64,000 nt of DNA from an uncultured Candidatus Rokubacteria bacterium (lineage in GTDB: Bacteria > Methylomirabilota > Methylomirabilia > Rokubacteriales > CSP1-6). Location of the stretch: contig CAVWFS010000018.1 in the NCBI GenBank assembly GCA_963754315.1, positions 256,001 through 320,000 on the forward strand. The letters run 5' to 3'. The translations under genes were made by a program, and so were the position numbers. This document shows, in pieces, positions 20,728 through 29,340 of the stretch (position 1 is the stretch's first letter; each line of letters starts with the position of its first letter). The notes beneath the pieces are model-generated. The model saw nothing but the letters and a program-made list of their open reading frames with translations. It made no database searches and was not told the origin of the DNA.

Positions 20728-21311
20728 TTATCGCCCGGCCCGGTCAAGCGCGCGCACTGCGTCGGCGATGTCGTGGCTCAGGCGCGCCACCGCGCGACTG
20801 TGGGCAGCGGCGAGTGCGTCGTAGCTCCTGTCCGAGGTCGCCTCGCGGGCCGTGGTGCGCCCCGTCCGGGCGAGGCCGTCCTTGGCGCGGCTCACTGTCC
20901 ATACGGCATCCAAAATCGCCGCCCCGCCCAGCGTCGATTCGAAGCGCTGTACCTCGATGGCCACCCGATAATCAGGGGTGGTCAACGCCTGCGGTGACAG
21001 CCGACACGCGGCGTGCCCAGGAAAGCCACCAGGTTCTCGACCACCACGCGGGCGATAGCACTCTGGAGCGGGGCATCCCAGCGGTTGAACTCGTCCAGCC
21101 GAACCTGGTTCGGGCCGATGGTGACCACGATCTGGGCACGGTCCACCGCCGCTGGGACCGACACCGGGCCCACCGTCACCGACAGGTCGGATGGCGTGGC
21201 GGGAGGCGATGGGGCCGCGCTGAGCGTGTAGAAGCGCGACGGTTTGGACGCGCAACCGCCGACGAAGATCCCGAGCGCGCACGACATCGCCACAGCAGCT
21301 CGGCAGCGCAT
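20728..21311 (-). CDS. pqiC: PqiC-type outer membrane lipoprotein; frameshift near 21010
   Basis: Lipobox VGGC, FYTL, VGPVSVP, NRWDAPL; C-terminal YDALAAAHSRA in a second frame. Confidence 0.8.
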
Positions 21312-21322
21312 CGTGACTCTCC

Positions 21323-23111
21323 TCAGTCCTTGCCCCGGATCAGCGATTCGGGATGGCGTTCGAGATAGTCGGTCAGAGCCCGCAGCGACCGAGCGGCGCG
21401 GGCAACCTCCAGCAGGGCATCGCGCAGCTCGGCCTGGATGGGGGCGTTCCTGCCGAGCAAGGTCCCGTCGGCATCCGTTGAGCACCCGGTCGGCAGTGGC
21501 GATGGCGCGTCGCAGCTCCTCCAGCGCCGAGTTCACTTGGTTGTTGAGTGTCCCGTCCGCGGTGGCGAGGACGCGCCGCGCTTCGGCCAGGGCCGTGTTC
21601 AGCTCGTTCTTGATCATCCCGTCGGCGCTCGCGAGCACGCGGCGCAGCTCTTCGAGCGTCGTCTTCAGCTCGGGCGTCAGGTCGGTGTCAATGCGTCCTA
21701 CGGCCTTGTTTGCTCCCTCTAGCATCTGGTTGAGGGTGACCAACACCTTGGTGACGTCGGCCCCGATCGCCTCGTACGGCAGCTTGTCGAGCTTGGCAAT
21801 GATGCTGGTGAGCTTGGCCTCGACGTCGGGGATGGTGCTCGGCACCGTCGGCAGCACCGGCGTGGTTTGGTTCCAGTCGACCTTTGCCTTGGCCGCCCCC
21901 GGGTGATAGTCGAAGGCGACGTAGAGCTGCCCGGTGAGCAGGCTTCCACTCTGGAGCTGGGCGCGCAGGCCCCGCTCCTGGACCAGCCGCTCGAAGAACG
22001 CGTGGCGCTTCTGGGTGCTGCTCACGAGCGCTTCCCCCGCCCCCGGAGCCTGTAAGCGCGAGATCAGGCGCTCGGGATACGTGACGATCTCGACACGCCC
22101 GCGCAGGCCCAAGGTCTTCGGATCGATATCGAGCCCCACGTCGGTGACCTGGCCGCCCGGGAGGCCGAGCAAGGTGACCGGCGCCCCGACCGACAGCCCG
22201 CGCAATGACTCGTTGAAATAGAGCACATAGTGCCGGGCGATGGACTCGGGCTGTTTCATGGCGGTGGCCCGGTCGCTGTAGAGGGTGAAGACCGTCTTGG
22301 CGGCGGCGGGCTCAGCCTTGGGGGCGTAGGGCGGCATGTCAAAGGCGACACCGCCCGCGATCAAGGCGACCAGAGACTCCAGCCGCACGTCCACGCCCCC
22401 CGCGCCGACCGAGACGCCGATGCCACTGGCGTTCCAGAACCGAGTCCCGGAGTTGACGAACTGGTCGTAGGGGGCGTTGACGAAGATCGTGACATCCAAG
22501 GCCTTGCCATCGGCCGCCAGGTCATAGGCGACGATCTGTCCGGCCGGCAGACTGCGGTAGTAGACCGGGGCGCCCACCCCCAGCGAGCCGAGACTCTCCG
22601 TCTTGAGCACGAACTGACGGCCCGCCTGCCCGCCCGTGATGATGGGGGGCACATCGAGTCCCCTGAACGTGCGTTGTTTCTTGCTGGACGTGCCCTGCTC
22701 AAACCCGATGTAGTTGCCGGAGAGCAAGGTGCCGAGACCGGAGACCCCGCCCAGGGTGATGCGCGGCTCCACCACCCAGAACTTGGCGTCCTCGACCATG
22801 AGCCCCGCCGCGCTCTTGGCGATCTGCGCCTTCACCTCCACTTGCTTGAAGTCAGGAGATAGCTGGACTGACGTCACCTGGCCGATGTTCACGTCCTTGT
22901 ACTTGACGAAGGTCTTCCCGGCCTCGAGACCCTCGGCGACCTTGAAAACGATGGTGATGGTCGGGCCTTCACTCAGGATGCGCTGGACGGCGACCCCGAT
23001 GGCCACCACGGCGGCCAGGAGTGGGATGATCCAGACGACCGAGATCCGAGCGCGGCTGGGCGGCACCAGGGTAGCCTGCGGCACGCTCGGGCGATCGGGT
23101 GTGTCAGCCAT
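21323..23111 (-). CDS. pqiB: PqiB-type multi-MCE-domain protein; frameshift near 21478
   Basis: VWIIPL, GPTITI.F, GLGTLLSGNYI, three MCE domains, SLLTGQLYV; C-terminus LTDYLERHPESLIRGKD in another frame. Confidence 0.9.
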
Positions 23112-23745
23112 GCTGTTGCTGCAGACTTCGGTTGGAATCCCACACGAGGCGGGGATCGAAGGACTCGGCGGCCATCATGGTGAGGACGACCACCGCCGCG
23201 AAGAAGAGCACGCCGGGACCGGGCTCCACCGACATCAACGGCTGGAGCTGAACGAGAGCGACCGTGAAGGTGTCGACGAACACGTCCAGCATCGACCAGC
23301 GGCCGATGAACTGGACCAGGCGATAGAGCCGGGTTCGCTCGCGGTTGCTCCCGCGCCAGCCGCGTTGCGCCACGATCAAGAGATAGCTGAGGGCGACCAG
23401 CTTGCCGAGGGGGATCATGACGCTGGCGACCAGCACGATGAGGGCGAGCAGCCACGATCCTGTCGTATAGAGGAGTACCACTCCGCCCATGATCGTATCG
23501 GATTCAGTGGATCCGAACGCGGTCGTGGTGAGCACAGGCAGGACATTGGCGGGGATGTAGCAGATGGCGGCCGCGATGACGAGCGCCCACGTGTATTGCA
23601 GGGAGTGATGGCGGCGCCTCGTGAGCTCGGCTCCGCAGCGCGGACAGTAGCCCGGCTCGGACGGCGCCGCGGGGCGCGAGAGCAAGTGGCACGTCTCGCA
23701 CGAAACGAATCCCGCCTGAGCGGCGGTGAGAGCGCCAGCGGTCAT
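23104..23745 (-). CDS. pqiA: Paraquat-inducible protein A (C-terminal half type)
   Basis: CETC..CPRC, YIPAN.LP, IGRWSMLDVFV, FDPRLVWD. Confidence 0.9.
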   Translation of the reverse strand: MTAGALTAAQAGFVSCETCHLLSRPAAPSEPGYCPRCGAELTRRRHHSLQYTWALVIAAAICYIPANVLPVLTTTAFGSTESDTIMGGVVLLYTTGSWLLALIVLVASVMIPLGKLVALSYLLIVAQRGWRGSNRERTRLYRLVQFIGRWSMLDVFVDTFTVALVQLQPLMSVEPGPGVLFFAAVVVLTMMAAESFDPRLVWDSNRSLQQQHG

Positions 23746-24400
23746 CCCTTCGCCTCGGCCGGTGGCGCCGCGCGGGTCCCGGATCCAGGTGGCGTCCTAT
23801 CTTCGGCCCACGCCACCCGGTTCCAGATCTCGCGCGGGTCGACGGCCACATGATCGCGGCGAAGAGTATCACCAGCGCGCCGATCGCATACATCCCGATG
23901 CCGGGCGTCACGGTGGCCAGTTCCGCGATCTTGATGAGGGCGACCAGGATGCCGAGCAGCATCACCTCGTTCATCGACCAGGGCCGCATCGCGTGGGCTC
24001 CGCGGAGCATTTCGCCGATCCATCTGGGCGCGGGCGGCCGCCGCACCGCCACCAGAATCGTCATCATGAACAGGATGTAGCCGGCGGGAGCGATGACGGC
24101 GCAGAAGGCGACGATGACGGCGGTGATCTTTTCATCCTGCGCCCACATCTCGTAGGCCCCGCCGATGATGGTCGTGCTCGCGTGGCGGCCCACCGCCGAG
24201 AGTCCCATCAGCGGCGCCGTGTTGGCGATGATCAGCACGATCGCGGCCGCGACCGTGAGGGCCAGCGGGCGGTCAAGGGGATCGGCGGGCCTGTGTGGCC
24301 AGACACATGCCCGCACCGAGAGCATCGCGCTTTGCCGCCGAGAGGCAGATCCGGAAGGCTGCTGCAGCAGATCGCAATCAGGGCACGCGACGGTTTCCAC
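23742..24400 (-). CDS. pqiA: Paraquat-inducible protein A (N-terminal half type); several frameshifts
   Basis: ACPDCDLLQ, PWSMNEVMLLGILVALIKI; DPREIW in another frame. Confidence 0.8.
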
Positions 24401-24552
24401 GCGGCCTCAGTATATTCCTGGCTGGAGAGCAGTTCCGGAGGATCGCGGACACGCGGGAGCGTCCGCTTTCTCCCCGCCTAGAGCGGCAGACCAGAGCGCC
24501 CCGATCGGATTGTCAGGCCCCGTCAGGGCCCCCATTACAATATCCTCCGCTC

Positions 24553-25758
24553 ATGGCCGATCCCTCCCGGTGGCGCATGCTGCTCTTGATCTGTCTGGCG
24601 GAACTCGGTGCGCTCTCGCTCTGGTTCTCGGCCACGGCCGTGATCCCAGCGCTCAGCACGCCCTGGATGTCGCCCTCGAGCCAGGCGTGGTTGTCCATGG
24701 CCGTCACCCTCGGATTCGTGGCCGGCACCGCCATCAGCGCAGCATTCACCCTCGTCGACTGGATCGGGGCACGCTGGCTCTTCTGCGTCGCTACCGTGGG
24801 TGGCGCGCTGGCCAACGCCGCACTCCTGGTCTGGATGGACGTCCTCGCTGTCGTCATCATCTGCCGCTTCCTGACCGGGCTCATGCTGGCGGGAGCCTAC
24901 CCGCCCGGGATGAAGCTGGCCGCTAGCTGGTTCGTCGCGGAACGAGGATTCGCCGTCGGCAGTCTGGTGGGCGCGCTCACCTTTGGAACAGCGCTGCCTC
25001 ACTTCTTCAACTTCCTCGGAGGACTGGCGTGGCCGCCTGTCATCGCGGGCACGTCGGTGGTGGCGTTGGCGGGCGCGGTCATCATGCTCGGCTTCGTGCG
25101 TGATGGGCCGCATCTGCAAGGGCGCTCGCCGTTCAACCCGCGCGCGGTGATCCAGTTGGCGCGAGCGCGCGGAGTCGTGTTGGCCAGCCTTGGTTACTTC
25201 GGCCACATGTGGGAGCTGTACGCGATGTGGACGTGGCTCGGCCTCTATCTCGGCGTCGCATTCGCCCAGGCAGGTGTGGCGGACGCTCCTGGGCTGGCCA
25301 GCCTCGCCACGGCCGCCGTCATCGCGGCCGGTGGCGTCGGCTGCATCGTGGCCGGCCGGATGGCCGACCGCATCGGTCGCACGGCAACGACCATGCTAGC
25401 CATGCTCGGCAGTGGTGCCTGCGCTGCCGGAATCGGGTTTGCCTTCGGGCACCCAACCTGGCTGGTGCTCGTGGCGCTTCTGTGGGGACTGACCGTGGTC
25501 GCCGACTCTGCCCAGTTCTCGACGGCGATCAGCGAGCTGGCGCCTCCCCAATACGTGGGAACAGCGCTCTCGCTCCAGACATGCCTCGGCTTCTTGCTCA
25601 CGATTGTGTCCATTCGCCTGTATCCGGCGCTCGTGGCGCTGTGCGGCTGGCCGTGGTCGTTCGCCTTCCTGGCGCCTGGCCCATTTCTCGGGACGCTGGC
25701 CATGTGGAGGCTTCGAAACCTGCCGGAAAGCCGAGCGCTTGCGGGGGGCAAGCGCTGA
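24553..25758 (+). CDS. MFS transporter
   Basis: About 12 TM; YPPGMK, GYFGHMWELYAMW, ADRIGR, ADSAQFS. Confidence 0.9.
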   Translation: MADPSRWRMLLLICLAELGALSLWFSATAVIPALSTPWMSPSSQAWLSMAVTLGFVAGTAISAAFTLVDWIGARWLFCVATVGGALANAALLVWMDVLAVVIICRFLTGLMLAGAYPPGMKLAASWFVAERGFAVGSLVGALTFGTALPHFFNFLGGLAWPPVIAGTSVVALAGAVIMLGFVRDGPHLQGRSPFNPRAVIQLARARGVVLASLGYFGHMWELYAMWTWLGLYLGVAFAQAGVADAPGLASLATAAVIAAGGVGCIVAGRMADRIGRTATTMLAMLGSGACAAGIGFAFGHPTWLVLVALLWGLTVVADSAQFSTAISELAPPQYVGTALSLQTCLGFLLTIVSIRLYPALVALCGWPWSFAFLAPGPFLGTLAMWRLRNLPESRALAGGKR

Positions 25759-25795
25759 GAAAGCTCGAGCAGTTGGGCCCTATGAGAGATACGGT

Positions 25796-26131
25796 CTACG
25801 TCAACGGGACGTAGTCGTACTCGCCGATTCCCTGCAAGACCAGGAACGTCGCCGACCTATCTCCATCGTTGGTGACCAGATGCGCCCGGCCGGGCCGGAC
25901 TGCATATGTCTCGGCAGGCCCGAGGCGAACGTCTTCCTTCGGGTCGCGCAGAAAGATGCGCAGTCGCCCCTCCAGCACATAGAAGGTGTCCTGCACACGG
26001 CTGTGGTAGTGCCACGGAACTGTCTGGGTCGGACTGAGCTGAAGCTCGGTGATGCGGAACCCTGGCCTCTCGGCGTGACGCGCACGCCGTTCGACCTCGT
26101 AGAGATGGCTGGCATCCTTGACGGCTTCCAT
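25796..26131 (-). CDS. Cupin domain protein
   Basis: PWHYH...DTFYVLEG and PGRAH..TN; GGAGG RBS. Confidence 0.85.
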   Translation of the reverse strand: MEAVKDASHLYEVERRARHAERPGFRITELQLSPTQTVPWHYHSRVQDTFYVLEGRLRIFLRDPKEDVRLGPAETYAVRPGRAHLVTNDGDRSATFLVLQGIGEYDYVPLT

Positions 26132-26248
26132 GGTTGTCCCTCCCGCGGTGATTCTACGGGTGCACCGCCGCGCTATGATAGTCGCTGAACGTTTGCAGGA
26201 AGCGATCCGCGACGCCGAGGATCGGCCGCGCTTCGTCTGGAGGAAGTC

Positions 26249-27040
26249 ATGAGCGACCTGCTGGAAACCGTCAAGGATGGGGTGGCCCTGCTCACCCTGA
26301 ATCGTCCCGATCGTCTGAATGCCATGTCGGCCGGCATGCTCGATGCCATGCTGGAGGCGCTGCCCCGCCTGGCCGATGATGCTGCAGTGGGAGTCGTCGT
26401 GCTGACCGGCTCCGGGCGCGGCTTCTGCGCGGGCGGCGACGTGAAGGCCATGGCCGAGGGGCGTGAGTTCGGCGGCGACACCTTTGAGGAGAAGGCGTCG
26501 GCCCTTCGCGCGCAGATGGAAGTGTCGCGCTGGCTGCACGAGATGCCGAAGCCGACCCTCGCCATGGTCCGGGGAGCGGCGGCCGGCGCGGGGCTGTCTC
26601 TGGCCATGGCCTGCGACATGCGGATCGCGGGGGACAGCGCGCGGTTCGCCCCCGCCTTCGCGCGGGTGGGCTATTCGGGGGACTTCGGCGGCAGCTGGTT
26701 TCTGACCCAGCTCGTGGGGACGGCCAAAGCGCGGGAGCTCTATTACACGGCGGAGATCCTGAGCGCGGAGGTGGCACTGGCCCTTGGGCTCGTGAACCGC
26801 GTGGTGCCTGATGCCCAGCTCGAGGAGGAGACCATGGCCTTGGCGCGCCGGATCGCGACCGGACCGCGTGTGGCTCTGCGGTACATGAAACGCAACATGA
26901 ATGCCGCCGAGGCCGGCACGCTCAAGGACCTCCTCGACCTGGAGGCCTGGCACCACACGCGCTGCGGCATGACGGAGGACCATCGCGAGGCGGCCCGCGC
27001 GTTCGTCGACAAGCGGGAGCCCGTCTTCCGGGGGCGGTGA
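26249..27040 (+). CDS. Enoyl-CoA hydratase/isomerase
   Basis: LNRPDRLNA, FCAGGDV, GAAAGAG, DFGGSW. Confidence 0.93.
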   Translation: MSDLLETVKDGVALLTLNRPDRLNAMSAGMLDAMLEALPRLADDAAVGVVVLTGSGRGFCAGGDVKAMAEGREFGGDTFEEKASALRAQMEVSRWLHEMPKPTLAMVRGAAAGAGLSLAMACDMRIAGDSARFAPAFARVGYSGDFGGSWFLTQLVGTAKARELYYTAEILSAEVALALGLVNRVVPDAQLEEETMALARRIATGPRVALRYMKRNMNAAEAGTLKDLLDLEAWHHTRCGMTEDHREAARAFVDKREPVFRGR

Positions 27041-27471
27041 TGATCGGACCCCGGGTCGAAATCTTCGTGCCGGATCTGCCGGAGCCAGCCAGCCACTACG
27101 CCCACGTGGTGCGCGCCGGTGGGTTCGTATTCGTGTCGGGCTGCAGCGCCCTCGACGCCGCGGGCAAGGTGGTCGGTGGGCGCGATGTGGTGGAGCAGAC
27201 GCGGCAGGTCTTCGAGAATCTCAAGCGGAGCCTGGCCGCGGCGGGCGCCAGCTTCGCTGATGTCTGCAAGGTGACGATCTTCCTGCGGCACGGCGCCGAT
27301 CGCGACCGCATCAACGTCGTGCGCCAGGAATACTTCGGGCCGACCCGCCCCGCCAGCACCTTGGTGGAGGTGGCGGGGTTCTCGCGCGACGACTTACTCG
27401 TGGAGATCGAGGCCATCGCGGTGGTGCCGGCCGCCCTCTCGCCGTGGGGCGTGCCCAAGGAGGCGCCTTGA
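27037..27471 (+). CDS. RidA/YjgF family protein
   Basis: VFVSG, RPASTLVEV, LVEIEAIA. Confidence 0.9.
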   Translation: MMIGPRVEIFVPDLPEPASHYAHVVRAGGFVFVSGCSALDAAGKVVGGRDVVEQTRQVFENLKRSLAAAGASFADVCKVTIFLRHGADRDRINVVRQEYFGPTRPASTLVEVAGFSRDDLLVEIEAIAVVPAALSPWGVPKEAP

Positions 27472-27561
27472 TTCGATGGGCCGGCCAGCCTACGATGGCG
27501 GCATCGTGGAGCGTCGCAGGCGCATCATATTAAGAGCGACCTGACGGAAAGGAGATCGTAC

Positions 27562-27801
27562 GTGGCCTCACGTATCACCGTCTATACCAACATCGGCTGA
27601 GGGCCCTGTCACAAGGCGGTAGAGTATCTATCGCAAAAGGGCGTCGAGTTTACCGAGAAGAACGTGGGGCGCGATCCCGAGGCCCGACAGGAGCTGATCA
27701 CGCTAGGGCTGCTCTCGTTGCCGGTGCTCCTCATCGGCGAGCAGAAGCTCACCGGGTTCAACCCGAACGCCATCGACGCGGCCCTGGCGGCGCTCGCATA
27801 G
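27562..27801 (+). CDS. Glutaredoxin/NrdH-like selenoprotein (UGPC; in-frame TGA 27598-27600)
   Basis: AAGGAG RBS, GTG start; MASRITVYTNIG-U-GPCHKAVEYLSQKGVEFTEKNVGRD...SLPVLLIG..LTGFNP..; absent from the ORF track. Confidence 0.88.
27616..27634 (+). promoter_or_regulatory. Putative bacterial SECIS hairpin
   Basis: GCGGTAG-AGTAT-CTATCGC stem-loop (one G-U pair) starting 15 nt after the TGA. Confidence 0.6.
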
Positions 27802-27838
27802 ACGCCGCTGCGCACGTCCGATCGGGCAGGGAGGTCGC

Positions 27839-28252
27839 ATGAACCAGCCGTCGCAAGCGAACATTGACAAGATGTGGGCGTACGCGCGGAAGTACGCGGA
27901 GAAATCCGGGACATCGCTCCACCCTGACGTGGGCGTGACCGAGACGGTCGTTATGGGCTTGGCTCGCCACATCGAGGAGGTAGGACGGCCGCTCTGCCCG
28001 TGCAACTTTTACCCCGATCCGAAGGAAGAGGCCAAGCTCCGCCGCTGGATTTGCGCCTGCGACGAAATGCAGAAGTACAAGTACTGCCACTGCCTACTGT
28101 TCGTCACGCCCGAGGGCGTGCCCATCACGGAGTACTTGCCGGAGGGCCACGAGGGGCGCGACGCCTATGGGATCGTCAAGGATCCGACCCCCGACAAGGG
28201 CCGCGCCACGGCCAAGGTCCTCGAGCGTCAGCACCAGGAGGGAGAGCGCTAG
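27839..28252 (+). CDS. ftrC: Ferredoxin:thioredoxin reductase catalytic subunit
   Basis: GRPLCPC, WICAC and YCHCLLF motifs; GGAGG RBS. Confidence 0.88.
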   Translation: MNQPSQANIDKMWAYARKYAEKSGTSLHPDVGVTETVVMGLARHIEEVGRPLCPCNFYPDPKEEAKLRRWICACDEMQKYKYCHCLLFVTPEGVPITEYLPEGHEGRDAYGIVKDPTPDKGRATAKVLERQHQEGER

Positions 28253-28262
28253 GCGCGACGGG

Positions 28263-28925
28263 TCAGACGGGCCAGGCCTCTCGCCGCCAGCCCATGTCCC
28301 AGAACATCCACTCGTAGCGGCTGGTGGTCAGGAAGTGGCGACGCATTGTGTCCTGCTGCGGCGCCGTGAGGCTCGCCGCCGTCTCGTTGGTAACCTCGAG
28401 CACGGCCTTCACCAGGCTACCAAAATCATCGGCGGCATAGGTGCCGATCCAGCGCGCGTAGAGCGGATCGGAAGAACCGGCGCGCTCCAGCTCTTTGCCC
28501 ACCTCCCAGTAGATCCAGTAGCACGGTAGAAGAGCGGCCAGTCCTTCGTGGAAGGGCGCGCTGTGGGCGACCGCGATCAGATAACTCGTATAGGCGAGAT
28601 TGGTGGGGGCTAGCGGTGTGCTCGTGACGTCGCGTGCGGTGAGACCCCACTCGCCGAAGAAGCCCTCGTGCAGGGAGCGCTCGACCCGGAGCGCCCCCGC
28701 CGCGTGCTCGCTGAACATGATGATCCACTCGTCACGCGGAGCCCGCGCCGCCACCAGCGCCAGCGCCCGCGCGAAGTCGCGCAGGTAGAGGGCGTCCTGG
28801 ATGGCGTAGAAGCGAAAGCTCTCGCGGGACAGCGAGCCGTCGGTGAGGCCTCGTACGAACGGATGGCCCAGGATGGCCGCGTAGATCGGCTCGATGGAAC
28901 GCCAGAGTTCACCGGTGAATGTCAT
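28263..28925 (-). CDS. tenA: Thiaminase II / TenA
   Basis: HPFV..L.DGSL, IQDALYL, LLPCYWIY, WIGTY, SRYEWMFW. Confidence 0.92.
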   Translation of the reverse strand: MTFTGELWRSIEPIYAAILGHPFVRGLTDGSLSRESFRFYAIQDALYLRDFARALALVAARAPRDEWIIMFSEHAAGALRVERSLHEGFFGEWGLTARDVTSTPLAPTNLAYTSYLIAVAHSAPFHEGLAALLPCYWIYWEVGKELERAGSSDPLYARWIGTYAADDFGSLVKAVLEVTNETAASLTAPQQDTMRRHFLTTSRYEWMFWDMGWRREAWPV

Positions 28926-28976
28926 GGCGTCTATCATAGCTGCATGAGCGTGTATCACCCCATGAGCGTCGGTCGG

Positions 28977-29213
28977 ATGCGGACGGCCCTGATCATCGTG
29001 CTTCTGCCGGTCTTGGCGACCTGCCGCTCTGGTGGCGAATGGGTCTACGACAAGCCCAAAGTGACGCCGGCTCAGCTCGACCGCGATCTGGCCCAGTGTC
29101 GCCAGCTCACGATGCCCAAAGGGGCGATGGCCTTTCCCGGGCTCACCGGACCCGATCGCGAGGCCTTCAACGCCTGCATGGCAAAGCGCGGCTACGAGGT
29201 GACGCGCCAGTAG
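28977..29213 (+). CDS. Small hypothetical lipoprotein
   Basis: Signal peptide ending LATC; DLAQC...FNACMAKRGY pattern. Confidence 0.6.
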   Translation: MRTALIIVLLPVLATCRSGGEWVYDKPKVTPAQLDRDLAQCRQLTMPKGAMAFPGLTGPDREAFNACMAKRGYEVTRQ

Positions 29214-29340
29214 CCGCGACCCACCGTTCGACTCTTTTTCGCCCCGCACATCCAACTCCCGTTGTCCCTACGTACTGCCTGATAACGAAACAGTTGCGGG
29301 AGCCTGTCCCGACTGTCCAACGATGATCAAGGAGGGAAGC

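Noticed and set aside
29214..29340. Cobalamin or NiCo riboswitch upstream of the Ni/Co transporter
   Set aside because: A CCCGCAACTGT-like word occurs only on the opposite strand and the other conserved elements are not visible
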